From an uncultured Gammaproteobacteria bacterium (GTDB taxonomy: Bacteria; Patescibacteriota; Patescibacteriia; Magasanikbacterales; GWA2-37-8): a stretch of DNA of 64,000 nt. Location of the stretch: positions 31,686 to 95,685 of the forward strand of contig CAZEDL010000003.1 of NCBI GenBank assembly GCA_964510885.1. Direction: 5' to 3'. Shown here one piece after another: positions 17,690-26,566 of the stretch. The notes below the pieces were generated by a model, which was not told where the DNA came from, made no database searches, and saw nothing but the letters and a program-made list of their open reading frames with translations. The position numbers and the translations under genes were made by a program. Positions within the stretch are counted from its first letter, which is position 1. Each line of letters starts with the position of its first letter.

Positions 17690-17732
17690 GCGGGGCTATT
17701 TGTCTATATATTTCTAAACAAAATCGACTATA

Positions 17733-17761
17733 GTATAGCAGAAAATGGGCGGATTGTCAAA
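17733..17761 (-). promoter_or_regulatory. Near-consensus sigma-70 promoter for the HTH gene
   Basis: On the minus strand, TTGACA (reverse complement of 17756-17761), N17, TATACT (reverse complement of 17733-17738), about 40 nt upstream of the start codon. Confidence 0.55.
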
Positions 17762-17799
17762 CGTTGTAGCGGCAACAGCGCAGCAAGAAAGTGCTGTTT

Positions 17800-17827
17800 T
17801 TGTATACAATAGTCTATACAAAAATAG
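17800..17827. promoter_or_regulatory. Operator-like site 1: perfect 10-bp palindrome TTGTATACAA plus an adjacent half-site (TTGTATACAATAGTCTATACAAAA)
   Basis: Seen directly in the sequence. The core is its own reverse complement. Confidence 0.5.
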
Positions 17828-17875
17828 AAATTTTAGCTTACTGTGTCGGAATGTTCTTTGTTTAAAAATATTTTT

Positions 17876-17903
17876 TGTATACAATAATCTATACAAAATT
17901 GCA
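17876..17903. promoter_or_regulatory. Operator-like site 2: near-identical copy (TTGTATACAATAATCTATACAAAA), 76 bp from site 1
   Basis: Direct repeat of site 1 with a single mismatch. Both lie upstream of the HTH promoter. Confidence 0.5.
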
Positions 17904-17952
17904 TTTTTATCGATCTGGATCAGGGCCTTCTCGTTAAAAAGCGAAGGGATTC

Positions 17953-18120
17953 TTCCTAAGCCTTGAATTACGAAGCTCACCTGTCATCCCATTCGGCTGC
18001 GACGCCTCAGGGCAGGCTCTGAACGAACGTGAAGGCTCTCTGTCCAATTGGCCACTATACCGACCGACAGAGATTCTTCGTTTCACTCAGAATGACAAAA
18101 TTGGTAGTTTCGTAATTCAG
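17953..18120. repeat. 168-bp element bounded by 11-bp inverted repeats (TGAATTACGAA...TTCGTAATTCA); candidate MITE or structured ncRNA
   Basis: The terminal IRs are exact. The interior has further helices (tgtcat/atgaca, ggctctctgtc/gacagagat) and is more GC-rich than the surrounding AT-rich spacer. Confidence 0.4.
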
Positions 18121-18327
18121 AGCTAAACCGGCCTTAATTATATTGACTTTTTTACCTTTTTTTGGTAGTGTGGCGCGTATGTTCTACTGGCTTGTACTGC
18201 TTTAAAAATAGCTTAGTAACAGCCTTTAGCAAGATAGTATATGGTATACTGGGAGCACTGCAGCGCTGCCGTACCTGCTAAGGATAGGTAAGGGTGTAAC
18301 GCACAGCCTTTTTTTTCGTCTTCTACA

Positions 18328-18882
18328 ATGAACAAGCTCACTGAAAAATTAATTCTCTTTCGCATTGGAACCAAGCGGGACCCAGAAGCATATGCTGAAT
18401 TATACGATGCATATGTCAAACAGATCTACCGCTTTGTATTTTTCAAAGTGAATAATCGGGAGCAGGCTGAAGACATTACGGCCGACGTTTTTTTGAAAGC
18501 GTGGAATTATCTCCAAGAGAATGCCGATATAAAAAGTTTCAGTGGACTGCTATACCGGATGGCACGCAATGCAATCATCGACCTGTACCGAGCGCGCACC
18601 GGCCAAGCTGAGCTCATCGGTGAAAACGATGATATCAGTGATAATGGAGAGTGGTATCGCGAAACGCATTTAAAAATTGCGAATCAAACAATTTTATCTG
18701 CCCTCCAAAAATTAAAACAAGAATATCAAGAAGTAATCACACTCAGATTTGTCGAAGAGCTCGACATTCCGGAAATCGCCGCAATCATGAATAAAAAAAA
18801 TGTGGCGGTCCGGGTGACACTGCACCGCGCTCTCAAAAAGCTGCAAGATGTGCTCGGAGAATCACCGTATGATGAAAAGTAA
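18328..18882 (+). CDS. ECF-type sigma-70 family RNA polymerase sigma factor
   Basis: Region 2 (YVKQIYRFVFFKVNNREQAEDITADVFLKAW) and region 4 HTH (ITLRFVEELDIPEIAAIMNKKNVAVRVTLHRALKKL). Confidence 0.85.
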   Translation: MNKLTEKLILFRIGTKRDPEAYAELYDAYVKQIYRFVFFKVNNREQAEDITADVFLKAWNYLQENADIKSFSGLLYRMARNAIIDLYRARTGQAELIGENDDISDNGEWYRETHLKIANQTILSALQKLKQEYQEVITLRFVEELDIPEIAAIMNKKNVAVRVTLHRALKKLQDVLGESPYDEK

Positions 18883-20245
18883 TCTTATCTCACAATTACA
18901 ACAGCTTCGTCATGGCGAAGTAAGCCCGCGTCCGGAATGGGTAGCGAAGAATCGTGCCGTGCTCCTCAGCCAGATCAAGAACACCTTACCGCATGAAGCT
19001 GAGGTTAGTGTGCCATTATCCGAACAAGTCTGGTCGGCTATGGCTTTATTTTTGCCGCGCCAACTGGTGTATAGCGTGGTGCGTCCGGTGGTGGTGGTCC
19101 TTATGGTATCGCTCTTAGGTACAGGAGGATTTGTGGCAACTAGCTCAGCTTCGAATGAAGCGCTCCCCGGCGACCGGTTATATCCCGTCAAGATTGCTCT
19201 AGAAAAAACCAAAGTAGCCCTGGTTGAAACAGTGGGCAATGAAAATGTCCGCACTCAGGCTCACATTGAGTACGCCAGTAATCGCGTGACCGAAATCAAA
19301 CGTATCACGGCGGGCAGCGCTGATCCCAATAAAAATTTTCATATTGCCGAAGCAGTATCTAATTTAAAAGAAGGGGTAGAGCGGGTTAACAACAGCTTGA
19401 ATCAGAATTTGTCGGGCGAAGTTATTAAAGATGTAAAAGCTAATACGGATGAAGTTAAGTCGGCTCTGAAGCAGGTGAGTAGCAATCTCGAGACGGTCAG
19501 CACGACCAGTGTCGATACGGCGGATCTGAATAAAGAATTAGTAGCTACTACTAACTTGGCCAAAGATACGGCGGTAAAAGCTATCGAAGTATTTGTCCAA
19601 AAAGTAGATGATAAATCAGTGTCTGCTGAAGCAGCCAAAGATGTACTCGCTGACGCACTCACCACTATTACGAGTGATGTCGACAGCTCTAAGCAAAATA
19701 TTGCGTTGGTAAAAAATATTGCCCAAGCAGCCGAAGCCGGAGTGAAAGATTTACAAACTGAAATTAAAAAGCAAAATTTAACCACTGTCATTCAGACTGA
19801 TCAAATTTCCCAAGAGTTATCAAAAGAATTGTCAAATGTGGCAACTCAAGCGACAGCAGCCGCCACTTCGATTGAACTGAAATCGGCTGAAGTCGGCAAA
19901 AAGATTAGTGAAGTGCAAGCACTTGTCCAGACTGACCAGCTCCAGGCGGCAGTGGATAAATTAAAAGAAGTAAATAATGATACGAAAAATATTTCTGCGA
20001 CAGCTGATTCGGCCATTAAGAAAGCTAATGATTTATTGCCAGTAACACCTGTTATAAAAGAGGCGGTGGGAAATACAGCTAGCACCACGGACGTTCATGT
20101 GGTGTTGACAACCACTACTTCAGTATTGCCGAAGATGCCGGATGTGCCGGTGATTACGGTGGTGGTGTCTGGAACCGTTTCGGCTACAAAAGTTTTGGTC
20201 GTGCCAAGTTCTACTCCGCCCACCACAACACTACTAAAAAATTAA
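18869..20245 (+). CDS. Anti-sigma-factor-like single-pass membrane protein with a long coiled-coil/DUF5667-like extracytoplasmic domain
   Basis: It overlaps the sigma-gene stop. There is one TM (VVVVLMVSLLGTGGFVATSSA), followed by low-complexity A/K/E/T-rich helices. The arrangement is typical of sigma/anti-sigma pairs. Confidence 0.6.
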   Translation: MMKSNLISQLQQLRHGEVSPRPEWVAKNRAVLLSQIKNTLPHEAEVSVPLSEQVWSAMALFLPRQLVYSVVRPVVVVLMVSLLGTGGFVATSSASNEALPGDRLYPVKIALEKTKVALVETVGNENVRTQAHIEYASNRVTEIKRITAGSADPNKNFHIAEAVSNLKEGVERVNNSLNQNLSGEVIKDVKANTDEVKSALKQVSSNLETVSTTSVDTADLNKELVATTNLAKDTAVKAIEVFVQKVDDKSVSAEAAKDVLADALTTITSDVDSSKQNIALVKNIAQAAEAGVKDLQTEIKKQNLTTVIQTDQISQELSKELSNVATQATAAATSIELKSAEVGKKISEVQALVQTDQLQAAVDKLKEVNNDTKNISATADSAIKKANDLLPVTPVIKEAVGNTASTTDVHVVLTTTTSVLPKMPDVPVITVVVSGTVSATKVLVVPSSTPPTTTLLKN

Positions 20246-20443
20246 TGCTGTTGTCTTTTGCTGACACTAGTATCACACTAGGTGATGCTAGTTCAGGGAG
20301 AGAGAATAGTTCGTTTGAGTCCTGGCCAGTGCTATAGGTCGAAAGCTCGTATGAGCTTGCCTGGTCGTTGTGTGCTTCTACTACTGTGCCACAAGTGCAG
20401 ATAGGGGAGCCGACCTTAATTCGTTTGACGTGCAGGTTACTGC

Positions 20444-23400
20444 ATGCGCAGGCGATTAAGGATTTATATTAATTTTATTATGAATAAATTAGGAACGAAA
20501 ATCCTGAATTCCGTTGTAACGTTGGCCGTTACGGTGGTCTTCTCCGGTTTGAATCTCCTCGCGCCAGTAGCTGCTAACGCCGCTGTCTGTCCGACGCTCA
20601 ACCCTGGAGACATGATCAAAGTAACCGGCAAACCGGCTATTTATGTAGTCAACAACAATCTTCAGGTACAATATTTCCCAAGTGGATATGTATTCAAGAG
20701 CTGGCGCCCGACCTACGGTGGTTACACCTCCGTATCGATGGCTTGCTTTGATTCTTTGAATCTTCCAACCAACCCTCCATACGGCGTTAACTTTGCCCCA
20801 GGGTCCTATGTCATCAAGCGTCCGTCTTCGGATCAGCTTTATGTCGTTGAACCAGGCAACGTTAAAGCGAAGATCACCACTGAAGCTGCTAAAGCTCTCT
20901 ATGGTAACTTCTTCCAGCCGCAAGTAATCAATGATGAATTCTGGCCAAACTACCCAGTACTTGGTAACGATGTTACCGAAGCCAAACCATTCCCTGGTTT
21001 CCTCTTCAGCAACAAAGGCACCACTTGGTACATGGATGTAGATGGCAAAGCTCGTCAGGTTACTGCCACTGGCTTAACTGCTAATGGCTTCCAGACTGCT
21101 TTTGTCCACCCAGTGGCTGATGCAGTTGTAGCTGGTCTTCAGACCGGTGCTACGATTGATGCTGAAGTTAAATCGATCACCGACAAAACCCAGAGTGGTG
21201 GTGTCGCTGCTCCTTCTAACCCAAGCAACCCAAGCAACCCAAGCACTCCAGGCGGATCTTTGAGCGTTTCGCTCTCTTCCGACAACCCATTTGCTGCGAC
21301 TGTTGTTTCCGATTCTGGCACCAATGGTGCACAGGCTATGGTTCCAGTGTTGAAACTTAACTTCTCTGCTGACAACAGCGGTGATGTCAAAGTTACCACA
21401 TTGAGTTTGAAGCGCGCTGGCGTATCGGCTGATACTGATATTGCCAACATGTACCTTTATGATGATGCTGGTGTACGCTTAGCTGGTAACCCGAGTGTTG
21501 CTAACAATATTATTAGCTTCACCAACAGCTCTGGCCTCTTCACTGTCACCAAAGGCACCACGAAATCCGTTAAAGTCCTCTTGGACCTCAAGAACGCGGT
21601 TTCTGCAGGCAAGACCTTCCAGTTCGTTGTAGCTGACGCTGCAAGCGTTACTTCTAACGCCACTGGTTCGGTTGGCGGCACCTTCCCATTAACGGGTAAT
21701 GTGTTCACCACCGCTTCAGTTACTGATCTTGGTAAATTAACTGTTTCTAGCGTGTCCCCGTCTTCCAACACTACTGTTGATCCGGGCACCACTGGTTACG
21801 AAATTTGGAGACTCCAGGCTGTAAGCAGCAACCAGGATATTGAAGTCCGCAAGCTTGTTTTCACCATCGTTGGTTCTATCAACGTTGGCGATATTCAGAA
21901 CATCTCCCTCTGGGATGGTTCCAAGCAGCTTGGCGCCACTGTGGTTGACATGGCTGCAGACAAGACGGTCACTTTTGATCTCGCTGCTGCTCCATACGTA
22001 ATTACCAAAGGACAGACTAAAACCCTCAGCCTTAAAGCTGATATCAAAGGCGGCACTAACCGCAGCTTCCGCGCTTCTCTTCAGAATGGCAGCGATGTAG
22101 TTAGCTATGACAAAAACTACAATGTCTACCTGAAGACGAATGGTACGGACAGCTTCTCAATCGTTCAGCCAAATACCGCTGGTACCGCTGTTAACATTTC
22201 CGTTAACACCGGCACCTTGACGCAGACTTTGGCCGCGGATTCTCCGACCGGAAATATCGCTTTGAACGCTACGGGTGTAACGCTTGCACGCTTTGCGTGG
22301 CAGGCTAATGGTGAAGATATAAAAGTCAGCTCGCTGAACGTTTCATCCACCATTTCTTCAAGCCGCACTCTTACCAATGTACGCTTGATGGTTAACGATA
22401 ACCAAGTTGGTACGACTATCAGCACTTTGACCGGTAACGGCGTTTCCAACTCTGGTTGGGGCACCTTTGGCAACAGCTTCATCATTAAAGCTGGCACCAC
22501 GGCTAAAGTAGAAGTTAGAGCTGATCTGACTGGTTCTGCCGCCCTCAATGACACTGTCGTTGTTGGTCTCCCAGCTGGTTCAAGCAATGCTCAGGGTGTT
22601 GTATCTCTCAGCTCACTTAGCACTTCTGAAAAGAATGCTAACACGTTGACCGTTAAATCCGGTACGGTATCGGTATCTCTTGACACCTCTTTTGGTAACA
22701 AGACTGCCAGCAATCCGAACGGTACGATCAATGCTTCAGGAGCTAAAGTTGGTTCCTTCATTATCACCTCTGGTGCTGGTGAATTCGTTAAAGTCAGCGG
22801 AATTACGTTGACCGAAACTGCTTCCAACAACGGTTCGACCTGTGTTGGTAGCTATATGCAGAACTTGACGCTTAAGGATGCTGCAGGCAAGACTCTTGGT
22901 ACTGCCTATGCAAATCCGTCGGCTACTTGTTCTAGTGCTAATTCCTTCAACTTTACGTTCCCTGAGGTAACGATCGAAAAAGGTGCTCAGTATGTCGTTG
23001 GCGTCTACGCTGACCTCAAAGCTGCTTTCAGCACGGCTGCTACCTCTCTTATTAAAGTTGATGCCGTAACTGCTACGGGTGGTGACACTAATGGCACTGC
23101 CAGCGTATCTGGTCAGGCTTTGGCCCTCCAGTACAACTACATTTCGACTGCCGGTAACTTCACTGTTGCCACCGATTCCAACACTCCGGTTTCCCGCAAC
23201 TTGCTTATGGGTGCCGTAGATCAGGAACTTGGTCGCTTCAACATTACTGCCAGCACGACTGAAGCTATCAACATCACGGAACTTGTGCTCAGCAACCGCG
23301 TCAGCTCTGCTGCCACCGGTACGCTCCGCAACGTCCGTTTGTACGACAACGACAATGGCGCTCTCATCGGCTCTGCTGTCCCGTCGTTCACCAACACGAA

Positions 23401-24190
23401 CTCCAACGGCACCTTGGTGCACGCGGTGTTCAGCGGCCTGAAATTCCAGGTACCGAAAGGAAACTCCAAAGTCGTTATCGTTAAGGCTGACCTTACGACC
23501 TACGATGATTTGGGTTCCCCAGCTACCACTGGTCAGACTGCCAATCTTGCTATCTTGAAGAACTACACTGGTAGCACCCTGTCTATCACTGCTACTGGCG
23601 CTTCTTCCGGTGTATCTATCACCCCGACGGTGATCAACTCTGGTACGAATATCCCGGATATCACTGGTAACTTCGTGGCTTACACGAACACCAGCACGTT
23701 ATACCGCGCTAAACTTACCACTGCTTGGAGCACGGATACTCCGTCCGGTGCTGCTGGCGGATCAGCTTCCCAGATCGTAGGCAAATTCGTTATCACGAAC
23801 CTTGCTAACGCTGGTAACTACTCCGCTACTGTCCAGTCGATCAACTTCGACTTGTCGACCACGATCTCCAACACTGCTGACCGCGCTTTGACTGTCTATA
23901 AAGACTCCATTGCTACGGGCAACATCGTTGCGACGACCTCTTGGCTCGCTGCTGGTAACCAGAACTTCTCTGACACTGCGATTACTGATGCCGGTTTCAC
24001 CGATGTCAGCATCTCGTCTGGTCAGGCTAAGACTTTCTGGGTCACCTTGGACACCAGCAATGCCGCTTCTACGAAGAATCTTTCCATCCGCATTGGTTCG
24101 AGCGACGTATCTTGGACCGACGGTGTAAACAGTGGCCTCACTGTTATGGATCAGGATCTTCCGCTTCAATTCAGGACCTTCACCTACTAA
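20444..24190 (+). CDS. Giant secreted surface-layer-like protein (1248 aa) with Ig-like repeats
   Basis: Signal peptide (…LAVTVVFSGLNLLAPVAANA|AV), a PSNPSNPSNPSTP linker, and repeated ~100-aa units (…DIKVSSLNVSS…, …DIEVRKLVFTIVGS…). It is Thr/Ser/Asn/Gly/Val-rich. Codon usage is markedly biased toward ggt/gct/act/cgt/aac/ttc/tac, unlike the neighbours, which suggests very high expression. An alternative start lies at ATG 20480. Confidence 0.7.
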   Translation: MRRRLRIYINFIMNKLGTKILNSVVTLAVTVVFSGLNLLAPVAANAAVCPTLNPGDMIKVTGKPAIYVVNNNLQVQYFPSGYVFKSWRPTYGGYTSVSMACFDSLNLPTNPPYGVNFAPGSYVIKRPSSDQLYVVEPGNVKAKITTEAAKALYGNFFQPQVINDEFWPNYPVLGNDVTEAKPFPGFLFSNKGTTWYMDVDGKARQVTATGLTANGFQTAFVHPVADAVVAGLQTGATIDAEVKSITDKTQSGGVAAPSNPSNPSNPSTPGGSLSVSLSSDNPFAATVVSDSGTNGAQAMVPVLKLNFSADNSGDVKVTTLSLKRAGVSADTDIANMYLYDDAGVRLAGNPSVANNIISFTNSSGLFTVTKGTTKSVKVLLDLKNAVSAGKTFQFVVADAASVTSNATGSVGGTFPLTGNVFTTASVTDLGKLTVSSVSPSSNTTVDPGTTGYEIWRLQAVSSNQDIEVRKLVFTIVGSINVGDIQNISLWDGSKQLGATVVDMAADKTVTFDLAAAPYVITKGQTKTLSLKADIKGGTNRSFRASLQNGSDVVSYDKNYNVYLKTNGTDSFSIVQPNTAGTAVNISVNTGTLTQTLAADSPTGNIALNATGVTLARFAWQANGEDIKVSSLNVSSTISSSRTLTNVRLMVNDNQVGTTISTLTGNGVSNSGWGTFGNSFIIKAGTTAKVEVRADLTGSAALNDTVVVGLPAGSSNAQGVVSLSSLSTSEKNANTLTVKSGTVSVSLDTSFGNKTASNPNGTINASGAKVGSFIITSGAGEFVKVSGITLTETASNNGSTCVGSYMQNLTLKDAAGKTLGTAYANPSATCSSANSFNFTFPEVTIEKGAQYVVGVYADLKAAFSTAATSLIKVDAVTATGGDTNGTASVSGQALALQYNYISTAGNFTVATDSNTPVSRNLLMGAVDQELGRFNITASTTEAINITELVLSNRVSSAATGTLRNVRLYDNDNGALIGSAVPSFTNTNSNGTLVHAVFSGLKFQVPKGNSKVVIVKADLTTYDDLGSPATTGQTANLAILKNYTGSTLSITATGASSGVSITPTVINSGTNIPDITGNFVAYTNTSTLYRAKLTTAWSTDTPSGAAGGSASQIVGKFVITNLANAGNYSATVQSINFDLSTTISNTADRALTVYKDSIATGNIVATTSWLAAGNQNFSDTAITDAGFTDVSISSGQAKTFWVTLDTSNAASTKNLSIRIGSSDVSWTDGVNSGLTVMDQDLPLQFRTFTY

Positions 24191-24231
24191 TCGTTTAGTA
24201 GTCTGAACTTGAGTTAGCGAAAGCGACTAAC

Positions 24232-24267
24232 ACCCCCCTCCGGGAAACCGGAGGGGGGTTGTTTTTT
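24232..24267 (+). terminator. Strong intrinsic terminator after the surface-protein gene
   Basis: cacccccctccgg-gaaa-ccggaggggggtt followed by TTTTTT. Confidence 0.8.
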
Positions 24268-24314
24268 AGGGGCCGTCTGGTACCATATCGCTATATTTTC
24301 GTGGTTATTTTTTT

Positions 24315-26549
24315 ATGCTGATTCGTTATAGCTCAAAAATTTTAAACATTTTGCTTCTGGCTAGTCTGTGTTTGCCGCTTCTATTCACACCGGCTACCAT
24401 GTTTCCGTGGCATTTTGGCAAAACGATGGTGTTTCAAATAATGGTAGAAGCGGCGACCCTATGCTACACAATTAGCCTGCTTGGTGGGTTACGGTCAGTC
24501 CGGCGATTATCGTTACTTGATTGGTCGTTAGTTATTTTTTTGTTGTTTAGCGTAGTTACGGCTTTGATCGGTGGATCGTTTGGGTTTAGCTGGTGGGGGA
24601 ATCAGAGCCGCGCCAATGGAATTTTTGTATTTATTCATTTTGCGGCCTGGTATGCGCTCCTTAGCCACGAGTGGCGAACCAAAGAAGACTGGGTGCTCGG
24701 CTGTATGATCGCTGTCGGGGTCGGACTAGTGGTAAGCTTTACTGGATTTTTTCCAGCCGTGCTTCCGGGTGCCTGGATAGGTGTCGGTGGCGGGCGTGCC
24801 AGTGGGATCGTGGGCAATCCAGCTTTTTTGGCGTCCTATCTGGTCCCAGTCATAGCAATTTCTTTTTTAGGGTGTCTAATAAGTGTTAAACAGTGGCAGC
24901 GCTATGTGTTTTTAGCTGCTGTGCCTGTCTTCGTAACAGCGATTATATATACGGCCACACGCGGGGCCTGGCTGGGTCTGCTGGCTGGGAGTGCTACGGC
25001 GCTTGTAGTAGCGAGCCTACATCTGCCGAGATGCCGAACTAAACAGGTAACGCTTGGCTTGCTCACAGCTGGTGTATTGGCTGCTGGGACCCTGTGGGTG
25101 TTGGTTGCTACGAATTCGACACTTCTCGCTGTAGTGCCACGTCTCAAGAGCCTGAGTGCTATTTCGTTCACGAGTGGTACGGCAGCAACTCGCCTCATGG
25201 CGTGGCATATTGCTTGGGAGGGGATACGGCTCAAGCCGGTTACTGGGTACGGTTGGGGAAATTACGGGATCGTGTTTAATCAGTTTTATAATCCGCATTT
25301 TTTACGTTCTGGGTTGAGCGAGACGGTGTGGGACAAGCCGCACAATTGGGTATTGGAGTTGGCTGTGAACGGTGGAGTCATTTTGGTGCTCAGTTATCTG
25401 GCGATCGTTGCGATCGCAGCTTATTATGTGGTGCGGGGCCGAATGGTGTTCCTTGGCGAACAGCCAGTTATGACAGCACTCGTCAGAGCGGTACTAGTCG
25501 GGGGCTTAGTAGCCTGTTTGGTGCAAGGATTGTTTTTGTTTGAAACTAGTTTTTCGCTGTGGGGATGGTTTTTCCTCTTGGCATTTATTAACGCCTTGAT
25601 CCTTATGCCGACCACCGATTCTGGGCGTACATTTAGATTGCAACCAGAAATATGTGCGGGAATTAGTATCGTGTCGGCCGTAGCGGTTGTGTGTCTCGTT
25701 TATTATGGTTCGATTATTCCACTGCGCGCTTCGCATCAGCTTCTGTTAGCTGACAATGAACGCGATATTCAGGCTTGGGCAACGTTTGGCAAACAGGCAC
25801 TTTTGGCACCAAAACCGTGGCGCGAGGAAGTTGCCGTATTACTAGCTCGCAGACTCACACGTTTTAACAATCAGCCTAACTTTCAACTGACTGACCGGGC
25901 TAAAATTACAGCAGAGGCGGTGATTACTGAGCTTGATGCAGCTTCTATTCGTGCGCCTCGTGTACTCGATTTTCCACTTTGGGCCGGCCAGGTGTACCAG
26001 GTGCTTGGGCAACAAACAACCACTACGGATTATTATGTTCGAGCCGAGTCTGAGTTTGCCCGGGCGAGAGCAATTTCTCCGCGTAAACAAGAGGTATTAT
26101 TTTTGCTGACAAAATTATATTTATCGGAGCAGAAATTTGAGCAGGCAATCGCCATGCAAACAGAAGCGATTGCCCTTGATCCTGAGATTGGTCTTAGTCA
26201 TTGGTTACTCGGAATCGCATATGCTGCCGCTCAAAAGCCAGCTGAGGCAGTAGCGGCGATTGAGGCGGCAGAGCAGAAAGAGTTTGCCTTGACTCGAGCC
26301 CAAGAATTGTATGTAATTGAGTTGTATGCCGGACTTAAGCGGTATGACCAGGTGATAGTCCGCTTTAAGCGGATTCATGAAGCAGAACCGACGAATTTGG
26401 AATGGGCAGTAAAATTAGCTACGGCCTATGCTCTTGGTGGGCAAAAGGCAGAGGCACTGGCCTTGGCTAGGCAGATTGCCACTGACAAACCAGATATGGC
26501 CGATGAAGTGGCGGCTTTTATCAAGCAATATCGGCTTGATATTCCTTAA
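24315..26549 (+). CDS. Wzy_C (O-antigen ligase / O-oligosaccharyltransferase family) polytopic membrane protein with a C-terminal TPR domain
   Basis: About 12 TM with the Wzy_C loop region (YTATRGAWLGLLAG...TRLMAWHIAWEGIRLKPVTGYGWGNY). The C-terminal ~300 aa are TPR-like (LGIAYAAAQKPAEAVAAIEAAEQ...). Confidence 0.8.
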   Translation: MLIRYSSKILNILLLASLCLPLLFTPATMFPWHFGKTMVFQIMVEAATLCYTISLLGGLRSVRRLSLLDWSLVIFLLFSVVTALIGGSFGFSWWGNQSRANGIFVFIHFAAWYALLSHEWRTKEDWVLGCMIAVGVGLVVSFTGFFPAVLPGAWIGVGGGRASGIVGNPAFLASYLVPVIAISFLGCLISVKQWQRYVFLAAVPVFVTAIIYTATRGAWLGLLAGSATALVVASLHLPRCRTKQVTLGLLTAGVLAAGTLWVLVATNSTLLAVVPRLKSLSAISFTSGTAATRLMAWHIAWEGIRLKPVTGYGWGNYGIVFNQFYNPHFLRSGLSETVWDKPHNWVLELAVNGGVILVLSYLAIVAIAAYYVVRGRMVFLGEQPVMTALVRAVLVGGLVACLVQGLFLFETSFSLWGWFFLLAFINALILMPTTDSGRTFRLQPEICAGISIVSAVAVVCLVYYGSIIPLRASHQLLLADNERDIQAWATFGKQALLAPKPWREEVAVLLARRLTRFNNQPNFQLTDRAKITAEAVITELDAASIRAPRVLDFPLWAGQVYQVLGQQTTTTDYYVRAESEFARARAISPRKQEVLFLLTKLYLSEQKFEQAIAMQTEAIALDPEIGLSHWLLGIAYAAAQKPAEAVAAIEAAEQKEFALTRAQELYVIELYAGLKRYDQVIVRFKRIHEAEPTNLEWAVKLATAYALGGQKAEALALARQIATDKPDMADEVAAFIKQYRLDIP

Positions 26550-26566
26550 ATTTATTTTTCACTAGT

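Noticed and set aside
17798-17903. Possible CRISPR-like direct repeats
   Set aside because: There are only two 28-bp copies. They are internally palindromic, with no spacer-array structure and no cas genes, so operator sites are far more likely.
17714-17980. Two overlapping ORFs (88 aa on minus, 73 aa on plus) across the palindromic repeat region
   Set aside because: Their repeated LYRLLYTK / LYKNRNF peptides are just translations of the duplicated TTGTATACAA operator repeats. There is no RBS, and the region is regulatory.
20489-24169. Numerous antisense and alternative-frame ORFs inside the 1248-aa surface-protein gene (for example 21139-21450, 22165-22587, 22736-23422)
   Set aside because: They lie entirely within a long, strongly codon-biased ORF. 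Their translations are low-complexity, and they have no independent start signals.
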